Position numbers and translations under genes: made by a program. From Sulfolobales archaeon HS-7 (GTDB lineage Archaea; Thermoproteota; Thermoprotei_A; Sulfolobales; Sulfolobaceae): DNA of 64,000 nt. Positions 49,492 through 61,370 of the stretch are shown here, one piece after another (the first letter of the stretch is position 1; each line of letters opens with the position of its first letter). The stretch lies in assembly GCA_019704295.1 (NCBI GenBank), contig AP024596.1, forward strand, positions 1,120,001 to 1,184,000, read 5' to 3'. The notes under the pieces were generated by a model. That model saw nothing but the letters and a program-made list of their open reading frames with translations. It ran no database searches and was not told the origin of the DNA.

Positions 49492-51651
49492 TTATAGTAC
49501 CCCTAGATGGAAAAGCGTCTGCCCGTTAACGGGCATTCTATATATCTTTTGTCCTATTGCGTCTTCTATAGCATTTACTACAGCTGGAGTTGCTGCTATT
49601 GCCCCCAATTCACCTATTCCCTTAGAGCCTATCGGTGTATCTGACTTGGAGAGGGATAGGGATTTCCATACTACGTTGGGCCCCTCTACGCTCGTGGGTA
49701 AGGCATAAGTTGAGAAATCTGCAGTCATGGGATTTCCATTCTCATCGTAAATTACTTCTTCTAATATTGCCTGGGCAACCCCCTGAAGTACTCCCCCATG
49801 CACCTGACCTTCTGCGAGGAGAGGATTAACCACTACCCCTACGTCATCTAATGCCACGTAACCTTCAATCTTGATCTCTCCCGTTTCCTTTACGACAACC
49901 AGTGCGATATGTAATCCGTAGGGAGAGGTGTACATTTTCTGTACGTAAGAGTACGATTCCTCTAGCAGAACTCCCATAAGAGCCGAGCCGTCCGCTAATT
50001 CCTTCAACGAAATTTCCTTTTTAGACTTTTCATCGAAGAACTTCCCATTAGCATAAGTTACCTCATCTATCTTAGCACCTAACCTCTCAGCTGCCAACCT
50101 TCTCATTTTCTCCAACAATCTGTTGCTAGCCTCGTAAACTGCAGAGCCTCCAACGGTTACCGTCCTACTACCTGCCGTATACTGACCATCTGCAATGAGG
50201 TCTGTATCCCCCCATAGTACTTCTATGTCTTCCATGGGGATCTGGAGTACTTCTGCCGCAATTTGAGCGAAGGCAGTCCCATCTCCCTGCCCGTGTGGTG
50301 AGGAACCGCTGATAACCTGAACCTTCCCCCCAGGGAGGACTCTAACTTTTGCGGTTTCATATGGTCCAAAGGAAGCTATCTCTGCAGGGAATGACATTCC
50401 GATTCCCGCTCTTTCCCCTCTTAGTCTAAGTTCGTCCTTCTTCTTCAATAATTCCTCGAAATACGGCTTTGCTATCTTTAGTACCTCCTGGTATTTTCCG
50501 CTATCGTGGGTTATCCTCAGTCCTGTCGTAAGGTAATTTGCCTCTTTTATCGCATTAATTTCCCTTATTGAGAACTGATCGATATTAAGTTCCATAGCCC
50601 CAATGTTCATTATCCTCTCTATGAAATAGCTTCCCTCAGGTCTCCCCGCTCCTCTATAAGGACCTATGGGAGTAGTATTGGTATTTACGCCAAGAACTTC
50701 AATTTTTACGTTGTTAACGTCGTAGTGACCCGTTATCATCTGGGCTGCAGTAGTGGCCATCTCAAACGAGCCCTCATTTACTTCCCTAATGGGTGCCCCT
50801 ACGTTAAAGTAAAGCGTGCCCTTAATCCCCAGTAACTTCCCCTCGGATGTGAACCCTGCGGAGAAATCTAATATCATATCCCTTCCATGAGTCGTAGAGA
50901 CCATATCCTCAGTTCTGGTGTTAAACCACTTGATTGGCTTTCCCGTAATTACGCTCAAAAGGGCAACTGCAAAGTCCTCGGGGTAAGTCATGAGCTTACT
51001 CCCAAATGCTCCTCCCACAGAAGGCTGTATAACCCTTACGTCATTAACTCCGTAGTTCTTTAAAAAGCGTTCAAGGTCCTTCTTAACGAAGAATACGCTC
51101 TGCGTAGAACTCCAGTAGGTTAGTTTCCTACCGTCATACCTAGCAACTCCTCCCCTAGGTTCCATCGCTGAAGGAATCAAGCGCTGATTTACAAGTCTTC
51201 CAGATACGATCTTTTCCGCTCTTCTAAAGGCCTCATCTACGTCACCTGAGGAGACCTCTTCCCTTTTAAAAACGTTGGAGTTGAGAGTTGACTTTGACTT
51301 TCTGGAGCCGTTCTTTGAGGCCTCTATGGGATCAGTTACTGCGTCCAATGAAGTGTACTCTACTTCGACTTTCTCAGCTTCGTCCCGTGCGGCATAGGGA
51401 TCTTTGTTTAGAACTACAGCGATAGGCTGTCCGAAGTAAACTGCCTCGTCATCTTTAGTTCCCAAAAGTTCAGACACGCTGTAGCAGTTACCTGAACAGT
51501 TCTTTAACTTAAATTTCGCATGGGCGAATTGACTTCTTATGAAATAAGCGTGTAAACTCCCTGGAGGCGTTATATCGTATACGTAATTAGCCCCTCCAGT
51601 TATTAGTTGCGGATCCTCTATCCTCTTAATCGCTTTACCTATGTAACGCAT
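49492..51651 (-). CDS. Xanthine/aldehyde oxidoreductase family molybdopterin-binding large subunit (CutA/CoxL-like)
   Basis: VGGAFGSK, YRGAGRPE, HGQG, AGSR, GQVHGG, KGIGE. Confidence 0.92.
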   Translation of the reverse strand: MRYIGKAIKRIEDPQLITGGANYVYDITPPGSLHAYFIRSQFAHAKFKLKNCSGNCYSVSELLGTKDDEAVYFGQPIAVVLNKDPYAARDEAEKVEVEYTSLDAVTDPIEASKNGSRKSKSTLNSNVFKREEVSSGDVDEAFRRAEKIVSGRLVNQRLIPSAMEPRGGVARYDGRKLTYWSSTQSVFFVKKDLERFLKNYGVNDVRVIQPSVGGAFGSKLMTYPEDFAVALLSVITGKPIKWFNTRTEDMVSTTHGRDMILDFSAGFTSEGKLLGIKGTLYFNVGAPIREVNEGSFEMATTAAQMITGHYDVNNVKIEVLGVNTNTTPIGPYRGAGRPEGSYFIERIMNIGAMELNIDQFSIREINAIKEANYLTTGLRITHDSGKYQEVLKIAKPYFEELLKKKDELRLRGERAGIGMSFPAEIASFGPYETAKVRVLPGGKVQVISGSSPHGQGDGTAFAQIAAEVLQIPMEDIEVLWGDTDLIADGQYTAGSRTVTVGGSAVYEASNRLLEKMRRLAAERLGAKIDEVTYANGKFFDEKSKKEISLKELADGSALMGVLLEESYSYVQKMYTSPYGLHIALVVVKETGEIKIEGYVALDDVGVVVNPLLAEGQVHGGVLQGVAQAILEEVIYDENGNPMTADFSTYALPTSVEGPNVVWKSLSLSKSDTPIGSKGIGELGAIAATPAVVNAIEDAIGQKIYRMPVNGQTLFHLGVL

Positions 51652-51771
51652 TGTAAGTTAAGTACATTATGACCTAATAACGCTATACCCTCTTCTCACT
51701 CGTAAGCGATATAACACCCTGAGAATACCATTTTATAGGAATATAGGTACATTTATTGAGTTCAGGAGAAA

Positions 51772-52734
51772 ATGCTCAACAAGTTCGTAAGGGTAACACT
51801 TGACGATTACCTTGAATTCGTCTCAAACACCAAGAAGATAAGAATTGGTAATGAGGAAATCGAACTCACTCCAGTGAAAGTAAGGAGAACAGCACCAACG
51901 GCAGAAGAACTAACTGACGTAACAACTACGGTTTGGAGCTTTCCGAAAAGGGGAGGTTGGGCGACTCACCGAGGTAACTATAGGGGAAACTTTGCCCCAC
52001 AGATTCCAAGGGCTGTAATATCCAGGTACTCCAGGGAGGGGGAAACAGTTCTAGATCCTATGGTAGGTAGTGGGACTACGTGTATAGAGGCTAAGCTACT
52101 CGGGAGGAAATGTATAGGAGTCGACGTCAACTATAAATCCGTAATGCTATCTCTTCACCGGCTCTATTGGTTGGAGCAATCGGTATTGACAGGGGACGTT
52201 AAGATGAATTCCCAAGAACTTGAAAGGTTCGCTAAGGCCCAAGTCGAGTTCTATGTGGGGAACGCTGGAGAACTTTCGTGGATTGACGACGAATCAATTG
52301 ACTTGGTAATTACTCACCCACCCTATTTTAATATAATCAAATACGGTACAGAAAATCCCCATGATCTCTCTCAGGCAAGGAATCTGAAGGAATACTTACT
52401 CGGATTAAGGAGTGTCGGGGAAGAAATATATAGAGTTATGAAAAGGGGAAAGGCTTTCGGAATTCTGATAGGAGATACTAGGGAGAAAAAACATTACGTT
52501 CCTATAACAGCTTATGTCTTGATGGAGATGCTGAGTTTAGGTTACGTTCTCAGGGAGGAGATAGTAAAGGTACAGCATAAGATGAAGACAACTAGAGAAA
52601 TTTGGTCTAAGCGGGAGCGAGATTTCCTTTTAATATATCATGAGAAGCTGTATATTTTGGAGAAAAGTGAGGATTCCGGTGAATATAAGAACAGTTCTGG
52701 AATCTTCTTGAAATCTCTGAAGGAACTAATCTAA
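51772..52734 (+). CDS. Orphan SAM-dependent amino-methyltransferase (N4C/N6A DNA methylase or Trm11-like)
   Basis: LDPMVGSGT motif I, ITHPPY motif IV; no adjacent restriction nuclease. Confidence 0.85.
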   Translation: MLNKFVRVTLDDYLEFVSNTKKIRIGNEEIELTPVKVRRTAPTAEELTDVTTTVWSFPKRGGWATHRGNYRGNFAPQIPRAVISRYSREGETVLDPMVGSGTTCIEAKLLGRKCIGVDVNYKSVMLSLHRLYWLEQSVLTGDVKMNSQELERFAKAQVEFYVGNAGELSWIDDESIDLVITHPPYFNIIKYGTENPHDLSQARNLKEYLLGLRSVGEEIYRVMKRGKAFGILIGDTREKKHYVPITAYVLMEMLSLGYVLREEIVKVQHKMKTTREIWSKRERDFLLIYHEKLYILEKSEDSGEYKNSSGIFLKSLKELI

Positions 52735-53581
52735 GGATTGCCTATCTTCATGTTTTTCTTACTGGCCATTTTCCCCAATTCCCTTACAATACTGAAGAGG
52801 AAACCAAGGCCATTCTGGATATCTGGATCTCTAAGTAATCTGAGGATGTCAAAGATAGAGCCTACGGGCTTATAGTCGACGTTATTTATTGCCTTGCCAG
52901 CGGCGTTTATTATGTCTACGTATCCTTTAAATCCCGTAATGTCAAGGGAGGAGAGGTGTCTTACCATATCATTCCAGTTCGTTAATATTCCCAGTGTGAA
53001 ATCATTAACAAGCCCTGAGATTACCTTACCTACAGTTTCGTTATCCTTAAGGATTCCAGAAAGGAGATCTAAAATCCCAGAGGAATTAAGGGAATTGAGA
53101 ACGTCAAGCAAAGGCGTTATAGACTTCCTGTTCTCCGAAACTGAAACCACTACCTCGAGTAATTCATTCCAATTACTTACTATCTGAAATGTTTTATCAT
53201 TGATTAGAGCTGATACTATTTTCCCCAAAAAGTCCTCGTCATTTGCCATATTAAGGAACAGATCTGTAAGGGGAGAATCCCTTAGCTTCTGAATCACGTC
53301 CAACGTGTATTTCATCTGATTGATTTTTTCCTCATCAATAATTTGCGCAATTAAAGGTAACGTGTTTCTCGCTCTAAGGAGGAAGAAAAGGAACTCATCG
53401 TTAGTAACACTGCTTATTATTTTCCCCATAGTTTCTTCGTCCTTAAGAACGCCTTGAGCCAAGTCAAGTATACCTAAGTTATCTAGTTCGGAAAAAATCT
53501 CCACAACTTTGCCTATCACTATTACGTTCTGATTCTCCAGCAACTTGTCAGCTAAGAGGGTCTCGGCGGTTGCCGTGTTCA

Positions 53582-53582
<1 letters not shown>
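52731..53582 (-). CDS. DUF1641-type helical repeat protein, SQR partner
   Basis: C-terminal LRDPDIQNGLGFL motif and three internal repeats; TGATG coupling to the sqr stop. Confidence 0.8.
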
Positions 53583-54841
<1,259 letters not shown>

Positions 54842-55040
54842 TTAAATACTTTATTCCAAATTAACTAAATTAGCTAACAACGAAATAAATAAGTATATTA
54901 CGGTAGGAATTAACGTTAGGAGTTGAGCTCTGATTCAGTAATCTAACGTCTCTGAAGACTATGTCCCTGGCCTTAATGTGGTGTACAGCAGAGGCGGAAT
55001 TTTAAGTGAGTAACGCCCCTTCCTCGTTTTCCATAATTTT

Positions 55041-55077
55041 AAATATCATATTCAGAAATATCATATTCGTGAATATG
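55041..55077 (+). promoter_or_regulatory. Direct/inverted repeat operator overlapping the ATPase start
   Basis: AAATATCATATTC twice (55041, 55056); CATATTC-GT-GAATATG palindrome includes ATG 55075. Confidence 0.55.
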
Positions 55078-56328
55078 GTTAATAGGGAGCGGGAACTTAG
55101 CGCTCTGAAAAAGAGGCTGTCGTCAAACGACTTGGAGTTGATCATAATTTACGGAAGGAGGAGGATAGGAAAGACTTTCCTTGTCCTTAACGCGTTGGAA
55201 GGAGAATCTATCTATTATTTGGCGACAGAGAGGAACAACCTTAGGAAGTTCAAGGAGTTAGCTGAGAATAAGTTCCATGAACTAAAGTACGTAAGGGAGG
55301 AATGGGAATCGATTTTCCACTACCTTAGGGATAAGGTTATCGTAATTGACGAGTTCCCTTACATGATAAAGGAAGACCCGAATGTTTTGTCTACGTTTCA
55401 AAAGATCGTTGATGAAACCTTGAAGGGGAGTAGAAGTAAGATAATCCTGTTGGGCTCTTCCTTATCCGTAATGGAAGACGCTCTGGCTTACAAGAGTCCC
55501 CTTTACGGAAGGAGGACGGCATCAATAGAGCTTAAGGAATTGAAGTTTAAGGACCTAAAGGGGTTCAATTTATCCTTAAGTGATGCCATTGAAATATACG
55601 GCTTCGCGGGAGGAGTTCCCTACTACATACTGAAGGCCAAGGTGCCTTTCTTGGATTGGATTAACCAAGAGTTGAAGCAGATCGATTCCTTCGTGAAAGA
55701 CGAAATAGACTTTATGTTACGATTCGAATTTCTAGAAACAGGCACTTACAAGGAGATACTTCGGGGAATAGCCTCTGGGAAGAATACCCTGGGGGAAATA
55801 AGGGATTACATAAAGATAGGCGGAGAGGTCTCGTCTTATCTAAGGAAACTTGAGAGGATCGGAATCATAGGAAAGGAATTTCCCCTTGGTCAAAGGAAAG
55901 GCGCTAGATATTACGTAAAGGACAACTTTACCTCATTCTGGTTCACGTTCATCTACCCTAACCTCAGTGCAATTGAGGAGGGAGTATATGAGATAAGTGA
56001 GGATGAGTACCATCGATATCTAAGTGAAATTTTCGAGAGGATATGCAGAGAATACATCAAGGACGTGTATAAAGTTAGAGCGGAGAGAGTGTGGCATAAG
56101 GATGTGGAGATAGACGTTTACGGGAGTGGGATAGCCGGCGAGTGTAAGTGGAGCAATAACGTAGACGGCGAAAGAGTACTGTATCAACTGATTAGAAAGG
56201 TTGAGGAACTTGGGTTAAAAGTAAACAGGTATATCGTTTTTGCGAGGGGATTCTCTAAGGTAGGAGGAGAGGCAGAGTTCGTAGATTTAAAAAAACTTGA
56301 GGAATGGTATCGCGGAGGTAGTTCTTGA
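55075..56328 (+). CDS. Archaeal ATPase (AAA, wHTH, DUF234/PD-(D/E)XK tail)
   Basis: YGRRRIGKT, IDEFPY, GSS, SPLYGRR, GGVP, EIDV...GECKW. Confidence 0.92.
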   Translation: MVNRERELSALKKRLSSNDLELIIIYGRRRIGKTFLVLNALEGESIYYLATERNNLRKFKELAENKFHELKYVREEWESIFHYLRDKVIVIDEFPYMIKEDPNVLSTFQKIVDETLKGSRSKIILLGSSLSVMEDALAYKSPLYGRRTASIELKELKFKDLKGFNLSLSDAIEIYGFAGGVPYYILKAKVPFLDWINQELKQIDSFVKDEIDFMLRFEFLETGTYKEILRGIASGKNTLGEIRDYIKIGGEVSSYLRKLERIGIIGKEFPLGQRKGARYYVKDNFTSFWFTFIYPNLSAIEEGVYEISEDEYHRYLSEIFERICREYIKDVYKVRAERVWHKDVEIDVYGSGIAGECKWSNNVDGERVLYQLIRKVEELGLKVNRYIVFARGFSKVGGEAEFVDLKKLEEWYRGGSS

Positions 56329-56409
56329 TAGGGAGAGTGAACTAGAGAGTACTATTTTGAATTTTATCTGATATGGACGAAAATTAAAAACAACAGTTTC
56401 AACTGCCTC

Positions 56410-56620
56410 AAGCGTTAGTTAAGGGTCGACTATAGATTCCTTTGAAAATTACTACAGCAAAGTTGTAAATACCGGGATATAAAAATAGCAGATTCAACCC
56501 TACTCCACCGGAAGAGGAGATATAAGCGATCTAAGGAGCAGGTTGGAGATGGATAAGTTACATAAGACGCGAGCCAAAACAGCCTGCTCCGAATAGGGCT
56601 TGAGTACCTGTTCTTCATGA
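56410..56620 (+). pseudogene. Possible degraded tnpB C-terminus
   Basis: Fragments across frames (RVD, QQSCKY, KRRYK.SK, LEMD, ASQN..LRIGL) resemble the TnpB Zn-finger/RuvC-III tail. Confidence 0.3.
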
Positions 56621-56754
56621 CGGTTAACACGGACAGGGTAATTCGACCCGTTAACATGAAGGGAGTGAAACTCCTCAGAACCGTTGAAACAGGTTAGGAG
56701 TGCCCTATGTCTGAATACGTTTAAGTCGCGTTAAAGTAGAACAATCTCTATCAT

Positions 56755-57189
56755 CTAAATTCCTGATTCGAAACTTACCCTGCATTTTCTAATAGTTCTC
56801 CCTACAATAAATTTTCCATAAGGCAGTTCAAGTATCGCACCGTATTTTCTTATCTCATTACTCCAACTTTCCAATTTCTCGTAAGCGTTAATTTTGTCAT
56901 ACGTAACGCAGAACGCTATAGACACTCCCATTAGAACAGTTCCGAGAGTTAGATTATTTTCGAATTGATCCGTTGTCATAATAGTAGTGTCCAAATAAAC
57001 ACCCGTATCTTTAAGGAATTTTAACCTTACCTCGTTAAACCTCAATCGTTTTGACTCGTCCTCTACAACGAGTAATACATCTAAATCAGAGTCCTTGCGG
57101 TATTTACCTATAACCCTGCTTCCAAAGAATATTATTGCAAGTGTTTCGTTTCCTTTTAACAACGAAGTAGCTATCCTAAATAACTCCAT
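56755..57189 (-). CDS. Minimal nucleotidyltransferase (MNT antitoxin)
   Basis: FFGSR...DSDLDV; overlaps the HEPN gene; ATG 57189 preferred. Confidence 0.88.
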   Translation of the reverse strand: MELFRIATSLLKGNETLAIIFFGSRVIGKYRKDSDLDVLLVVEDESKRLRFNEVRLKFLKDTGVYLDTTIMTTDQFENNLTLGTVLMGVSIAFCVTYDKINAYEKLESWSNEIRKYGAILELPYGKFIVGRTIRKCRVSFESGI

Positions 57190-57604
57190 GTTTTCTAAGG
57201 TATTTTTCTGCAATCCCGATCACTTGTTCAGAGTACTCTATTCCTCGTTTGCACATTTCTTCGTTAACAAACTCCTCAGGAGTAGTTATGTTATTCCCAT
57301 TAAAGAATGGATATCTTGAGATGTTCCATGCGCTGGAAAGGTAGTCTAGTGCATTCAGAACTACGTCTAATTCGTTTCCAATATCTTGTAAAAGGTTTGA
57401 AGCGTCTGCTATGACGTCGTGCTCCTTCTTATATACTAGTTTTAGCTCCAACATGGCTTTTACGCTTTTCTCAACAGATTGCTGAGAGTAGAAGAAGCAC
57501 TCAGGATAATCTTTAAGCTCTAGGGCCCTCTTGGCTCTAACGTTATCCTGTTTTGCAACGTTATAGAAAGCCCTAGCATACTCCCTGAACTTAGGAGGAA
57601 TCAC
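57176..57604 (-). CDS. HEPN-domain protein
   Basis: SQQSVEKSVKA, KEHD, SRYP. Confidence 0.9.
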   Translation of the reverse strand: MIPPKFREYARAFYNVAKQDNVRAKRALELKDYPECFFYSQQSVEKSVKAMLELKLVYKKEHDVIADASNLLQDIGNELDVVLNALDYLSSAWNISRYPFFNGNNITTPEEFVNEEMCKRGIEYSEQVIGIAEKYLRKHGVI

Positions 57605-57700
57605 AGGTTATTTAAAAAGTAAGCGAATAAATTGTTTTGCCCTATCAGCTCATTTGACATCTTCAATTAGTATGAGAGGTCATACAGTTAAAGAGCTCTA

Positions 57701-57739
57701 AGGTGAAGATGCCCCGTCCGTAAGGGCGTGGTAGTTCAC
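57701..57739 (+). mobile_element. Right-end fragment of the 9588-9895 IS605-type element
   Basis: AGGTGAAGATGCCCCGTCCGTAAGGGCGTGGTAGTTCAC versus 9857-9895. Confidence 0.75.
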
Positions 57740-57940
57740 ACAGTTCATAATCTTTGTGAGATTTGTGGGAGAAAGTAGGGTTTACGCACCCGAGAGGGTA
57801 GGGGATTTAGAGAGACGTCAAAATATCTTCTAGATGTATTTGCGAACCAGGTTGAAATGCTTACTGGATAGGACTTGCACTCCCGTGTGGCCCTAACCGC
57901 GACCAATAACACTTAAATTTACGTAGCCCGAACTATCCTC

Positions 57941-58408
57941 GTGGAGAAGGAACTCGTCGACGCGTTTCTGAAGGTATACGGGGAAGATCTAATCTCCCTC
58001 GTCCTCTTCGGATCCTATGCTAGGGGAGAGCAGAGAAAAGATAGCGACATCGACGTATTGGTTGTCCTCAAAGAGATTAATGACAGGTACGAGGTAATGA
58101 AGAAGTTCATTAAGGTCGACGATATCCTGGAAACTACCTTGTACCCTGAGTTAAGGAAAGAAGGCTTTGATCCATACGTTTCTCCGGTAATTTACGACGT
58201 AAACACTGCCGCGAGGTTCAGGCCCCTCTACATTATGGTTGTGTTTGAGGCGAGGATTCTCTACGACAGAGGCGGAGTGATGGAAAAAACCTTTTATAGG
58301 ATCAGGAAGAGGCTTGAGGAACTAGGAGCAAAGAGGGAAAGGCTAGGTAGGGGCTATGTGGTGACTTTGACAAAGGTAAAGCCGGGGGAGGTAGTTAACT
58401 TTGAATAA
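57941..58408 (+). CDS. Minimal nucleotidyltransferase (MNT antitoxin)
   Basis: LFGSYARG...SDIDV. Confidence 0.92.
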   Translation: MEKELVDAFLKVYGEDLISLVLFGSYARGEQRKDSDIDVLVVLKEINDRYEVMKKFIKVDDILETTLYPELRKEGFDPYVSPVIYDVNTAARFRPLYIMVVFEARILYDRGGVMEKTFYRIRKRLEELGAKRERLGRGYVVTLTKVKPGEVVNFE

Positions 58409-58832
58409 CCTGGAACTGGCGGAAGGGCTTTTACAGGAGGCAAAGATAAGGATTGAGTACGTAGAACTGGACTTGAAGCAGAACAAGGACTACGCCTTTT
58501 GCGTAAGGTTATCTCAGGAGAGCGTTGAATTGAGTATAAAGTCGATGTTGAGGGTCTTATCGATAGAGTACTCAAAGACCTATGACCCAGGTAGAATCCT
58601 CGAGGCAAACAGAGATAAGCTGCCCGACTGGTTAAGCGAGGAGTTAAACAGCGTAACGTACGTCTCTAGATGGTTAAGGGCGGAGAGGGAGCCATCTATG
58701 TATGGTGATGAGGTTGAAGGAATTCCACCTAGTGAGCTCTACAATGAGGATTACTGTGTAAAGGCTATGGAGGCTGCCAGGAAGGTTCTCAAGTTAGCGG
58801 AGAGGCTCATCTACGAGGTCAAGAGGAAATAG
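58401..58832 (+). CDS. HEPN-domain protein
   Basis: SQESVELSIK, KTYD, REPSMYGD...PPSELY. Confidence 0.9.
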   Translation: MNNLELAEGLLQEAKIRIEYVELDLKQNKDYAFCVRLSQESVELSIKSMLRVLSIEYSKTYDPGRILEANRDKLPDWLSEELNSVTYVSRWLRAEREPSMYGDEVEGIPPSELYNEDYCVKAMEAARKVLKLAERLIYEVKRK

Positions 58833-59213
58833 AGGACTCTCAAAGAACCTTGGAAGGTGAGAAGCTCACCGAGGACACATCTCTAAGTGCGTCTTTTTGG
58901 TACCCAGTAATCTTGCTCTACCTAAGATATTAAACCTTCCAAGGGGAAAACGCGTAACACTAGGGATAAGGATAACAAGTCCCTACAATGGTTAGTCTAA
59001 TGGGGCTCAGGTTGTCCGAGACAGAAGAGTCAGGGACGACGTTGACGTAAGTAGCGTTCTGGACTCGCTGTTCTCATAACCACGTTAGAGGCGAAGCATG
59101 TAGTGCCTTGTGTAGACTCACCCCCTCATCTCTTGTGCTACGTTTTTTCCCCGTGGAAATGGTTACCCTGTTGTTAAGGGTTCGACATATAACTTTTCAT
59201 AGTTACGTGTGCA

Positions 59214-60296
59214 TCACTTTCTTAAGTAGAACGATAAAATGGGATCTATGACCCTGTATTCATGATCCACCTTATCCACAAGCCCTCGATTTTTTAGTAT
59301 CTTTATCACTCTATATATATTTGATACTTTAACTTCACTTAATTTATCTTCTCTCGCCAAACCTTTTAACACCTTGATCTCGTTCTTTGTAAGACCCTCC
59401 AGGTCTCTCCTCAACTCTATCTCTACGTTAGGATCTTCAAGGAAGACCTCTATCTTACATTCCCTCTCAAACACTAAACCGGCCAAATTCAACCACGCAG
59501 GAATACCCTCAGTTATTTCGTAGACTTTCTCGTAATGCTCTTTACACCTATCCTTTAACCCCTCGTCTAGGAACCTTACCGACGTTTCTTTGTCAAATGG
59601 TTTGAGTCTCTCGATTTTGAAGTAATTGTAAAAGGGCTCTTTAGCTCCAGTTATCATTTCCTCAATTATCCCTGTTTCCGACCCTGAGATCATTACCTCA
59701 ACGTTTTTACTTTCCTGTAATCTTTTCCTAGTTAACTCCAAGATCTTCGGAAACGGCTATCTAAGAGTTCTAACCTTTTGAAACTCGTCTATCATAAGCA
59801 CTACGTTCTTCCCGCTGTCCTCGGCTATCCTTTGAGGTAAAAGCAAAACGTGATCCAGGATTTCACTCGGTTTCAACTTACTTTCCTTGAAAAGAGTGTA
59901 ACGATCAATGTAAGACTCTAAATTCGGCATCTTGACGCTTAAGGTCTTGATCGAACCTAGAAACTGATTTAACGACCCCACTATAGAGGACGAGATGTTC
60001 TTGGTCTTTATTTTAAGCGACTTAGATAGTGCGTCCAACACCAGCTTGCTGGTAATCTCATCAGCGAATTCCTCTATTAACGATATTCCCTCTAAACTTA
60101 TCTTTGCAACTACGTATTCACTGCTCAACTTAACCCTAATGTAGTTGAGGAGTGAGGACTTACCCGTCCTCCTGGGAGCTAATAATGCTACGGGCTGTCT
60201 TCTACTAACATAATTAAGTAATAGGGCAACGTAATCCTCTCTATCGAAGAACTCGTCCTCCTCAGTTAACTCTCTGCCAAATACGAATTTGACTAT
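59214..60296 (-). pseudogene. Archaeal ATPase with internal TAG and ATA start
   Basis: One frame from ATA 60296: VKFVFGR...FFDRE...APRRTGKS...IDEFQKVRTLR*PFPKILE...ISGSETG...EGIPAW; in-frame stop at 59757-59759. Confidence 0.88.
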
Positions 60297-60947
60297 ACGC
60301 TACCGATAGTCTATCGATACCGTAGTTAAAATTATTTTACACTATTCGTCCTCAAGCAGTTATCTTATTCAATAATAGAGAGTAAGAATACAGAGCATAA
60401 CGAGGACTAATTCCCTCAAGATATTCACCATGATAGAGGATCTAGGAGGGGGTAAGTTTAATCCAGTTAACGTTTACTTGCAAGGACAGCGAGACTTAAC
60501 ACAGATACCATGGGATTCTCTTTCTCCCACAAAGTTTAATAACCTGGAGACGGTACTAAACAGGCAATAAATGTTATTTACTTTGAAAACTTAATTTTAA
60601 GTATAAAGTAACCCACTTTACAATGCTTACTCAGGACAATAAGACAGGGGGATTACGAGAAATTAAACTCTTTTCCTGACTTCCTAGGCTTAAAAGTATC
60701 TGGTTCTACCCTCTAGAAACTTTGAACTTATTACGTCGAAAACCTCTTTTTAGCTTCATTTTCGAGAGAATGTCATTACCTGTGAGTACACTTAATAAAC
60801 TTAATTTAATATTACCCCTCCCTTCGTAATTAAGCCAATTTTATTTTAAAGAGATGTATCTTATAACTTATAGTTTATTTAGTTGTTCACGTTAATTACG
60901 TACTGGTCACTGTCACCTCCTAGTGTAGGTATTCGTTCAATTGCCTA

Positions 60948-61113
60948 TTCAGCTCAACAGTAGGCGACTCACGGGAATGTAACTGCGTGGAGCTCACATA
61001 TCCGCAAGGTTCACCCTTTTGGGCACACCATTATCTGCATAAGGGATTATATTAATCGAAAAATTCAAAATAAACGAATATAAAGATTTCTATTATGAAA
61101 AAGGATTTAGTCC
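60948..61113 (-). mobile_element. tnpB-derived mini-element family B, copy 3 (3' truncated)
   Basis: Minus strand GGACTAAATCCTTTTTCA...TGCCCAAAAGGGT...TTGCGGA...CCTACTGTTGAGCTG collinear with 21575-21760. Confidence 0.68.
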
Positions 61114-61158
61114 TACATTGTGGTTCACTCTAAATTTGTTTTTCCTTCATACTACATA

Positions 61159-61317
61159 GGCAGTTCACGTCTTCTTTGCCAATTTAGTTTATTTCAAAAA
61201 TTGTAACAAATTTAATTCAATACTACCGCAATGACTTGTGGGGATTTACGCTCAATGACTTACTTTATTTCATCATCTTTCTCTGAATTACAATTCGCAA
61301 AGGAACCCTTAATGGCC
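61159..61317. mobile_element. ~160-bp MITE with IS1-like TIRs, copy 4
   Basis: GGCAGTTCACGTCTTCTTTGCCAATTT ... CAATTCGCAAAGGAACCCTTAATGGCC. Confidence 0.68.
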
Positions 61318-61370
61318 CATGCCGCTGGTCATAGTGGGTTTTTAAATTACAATATACGATATTCTAATAT

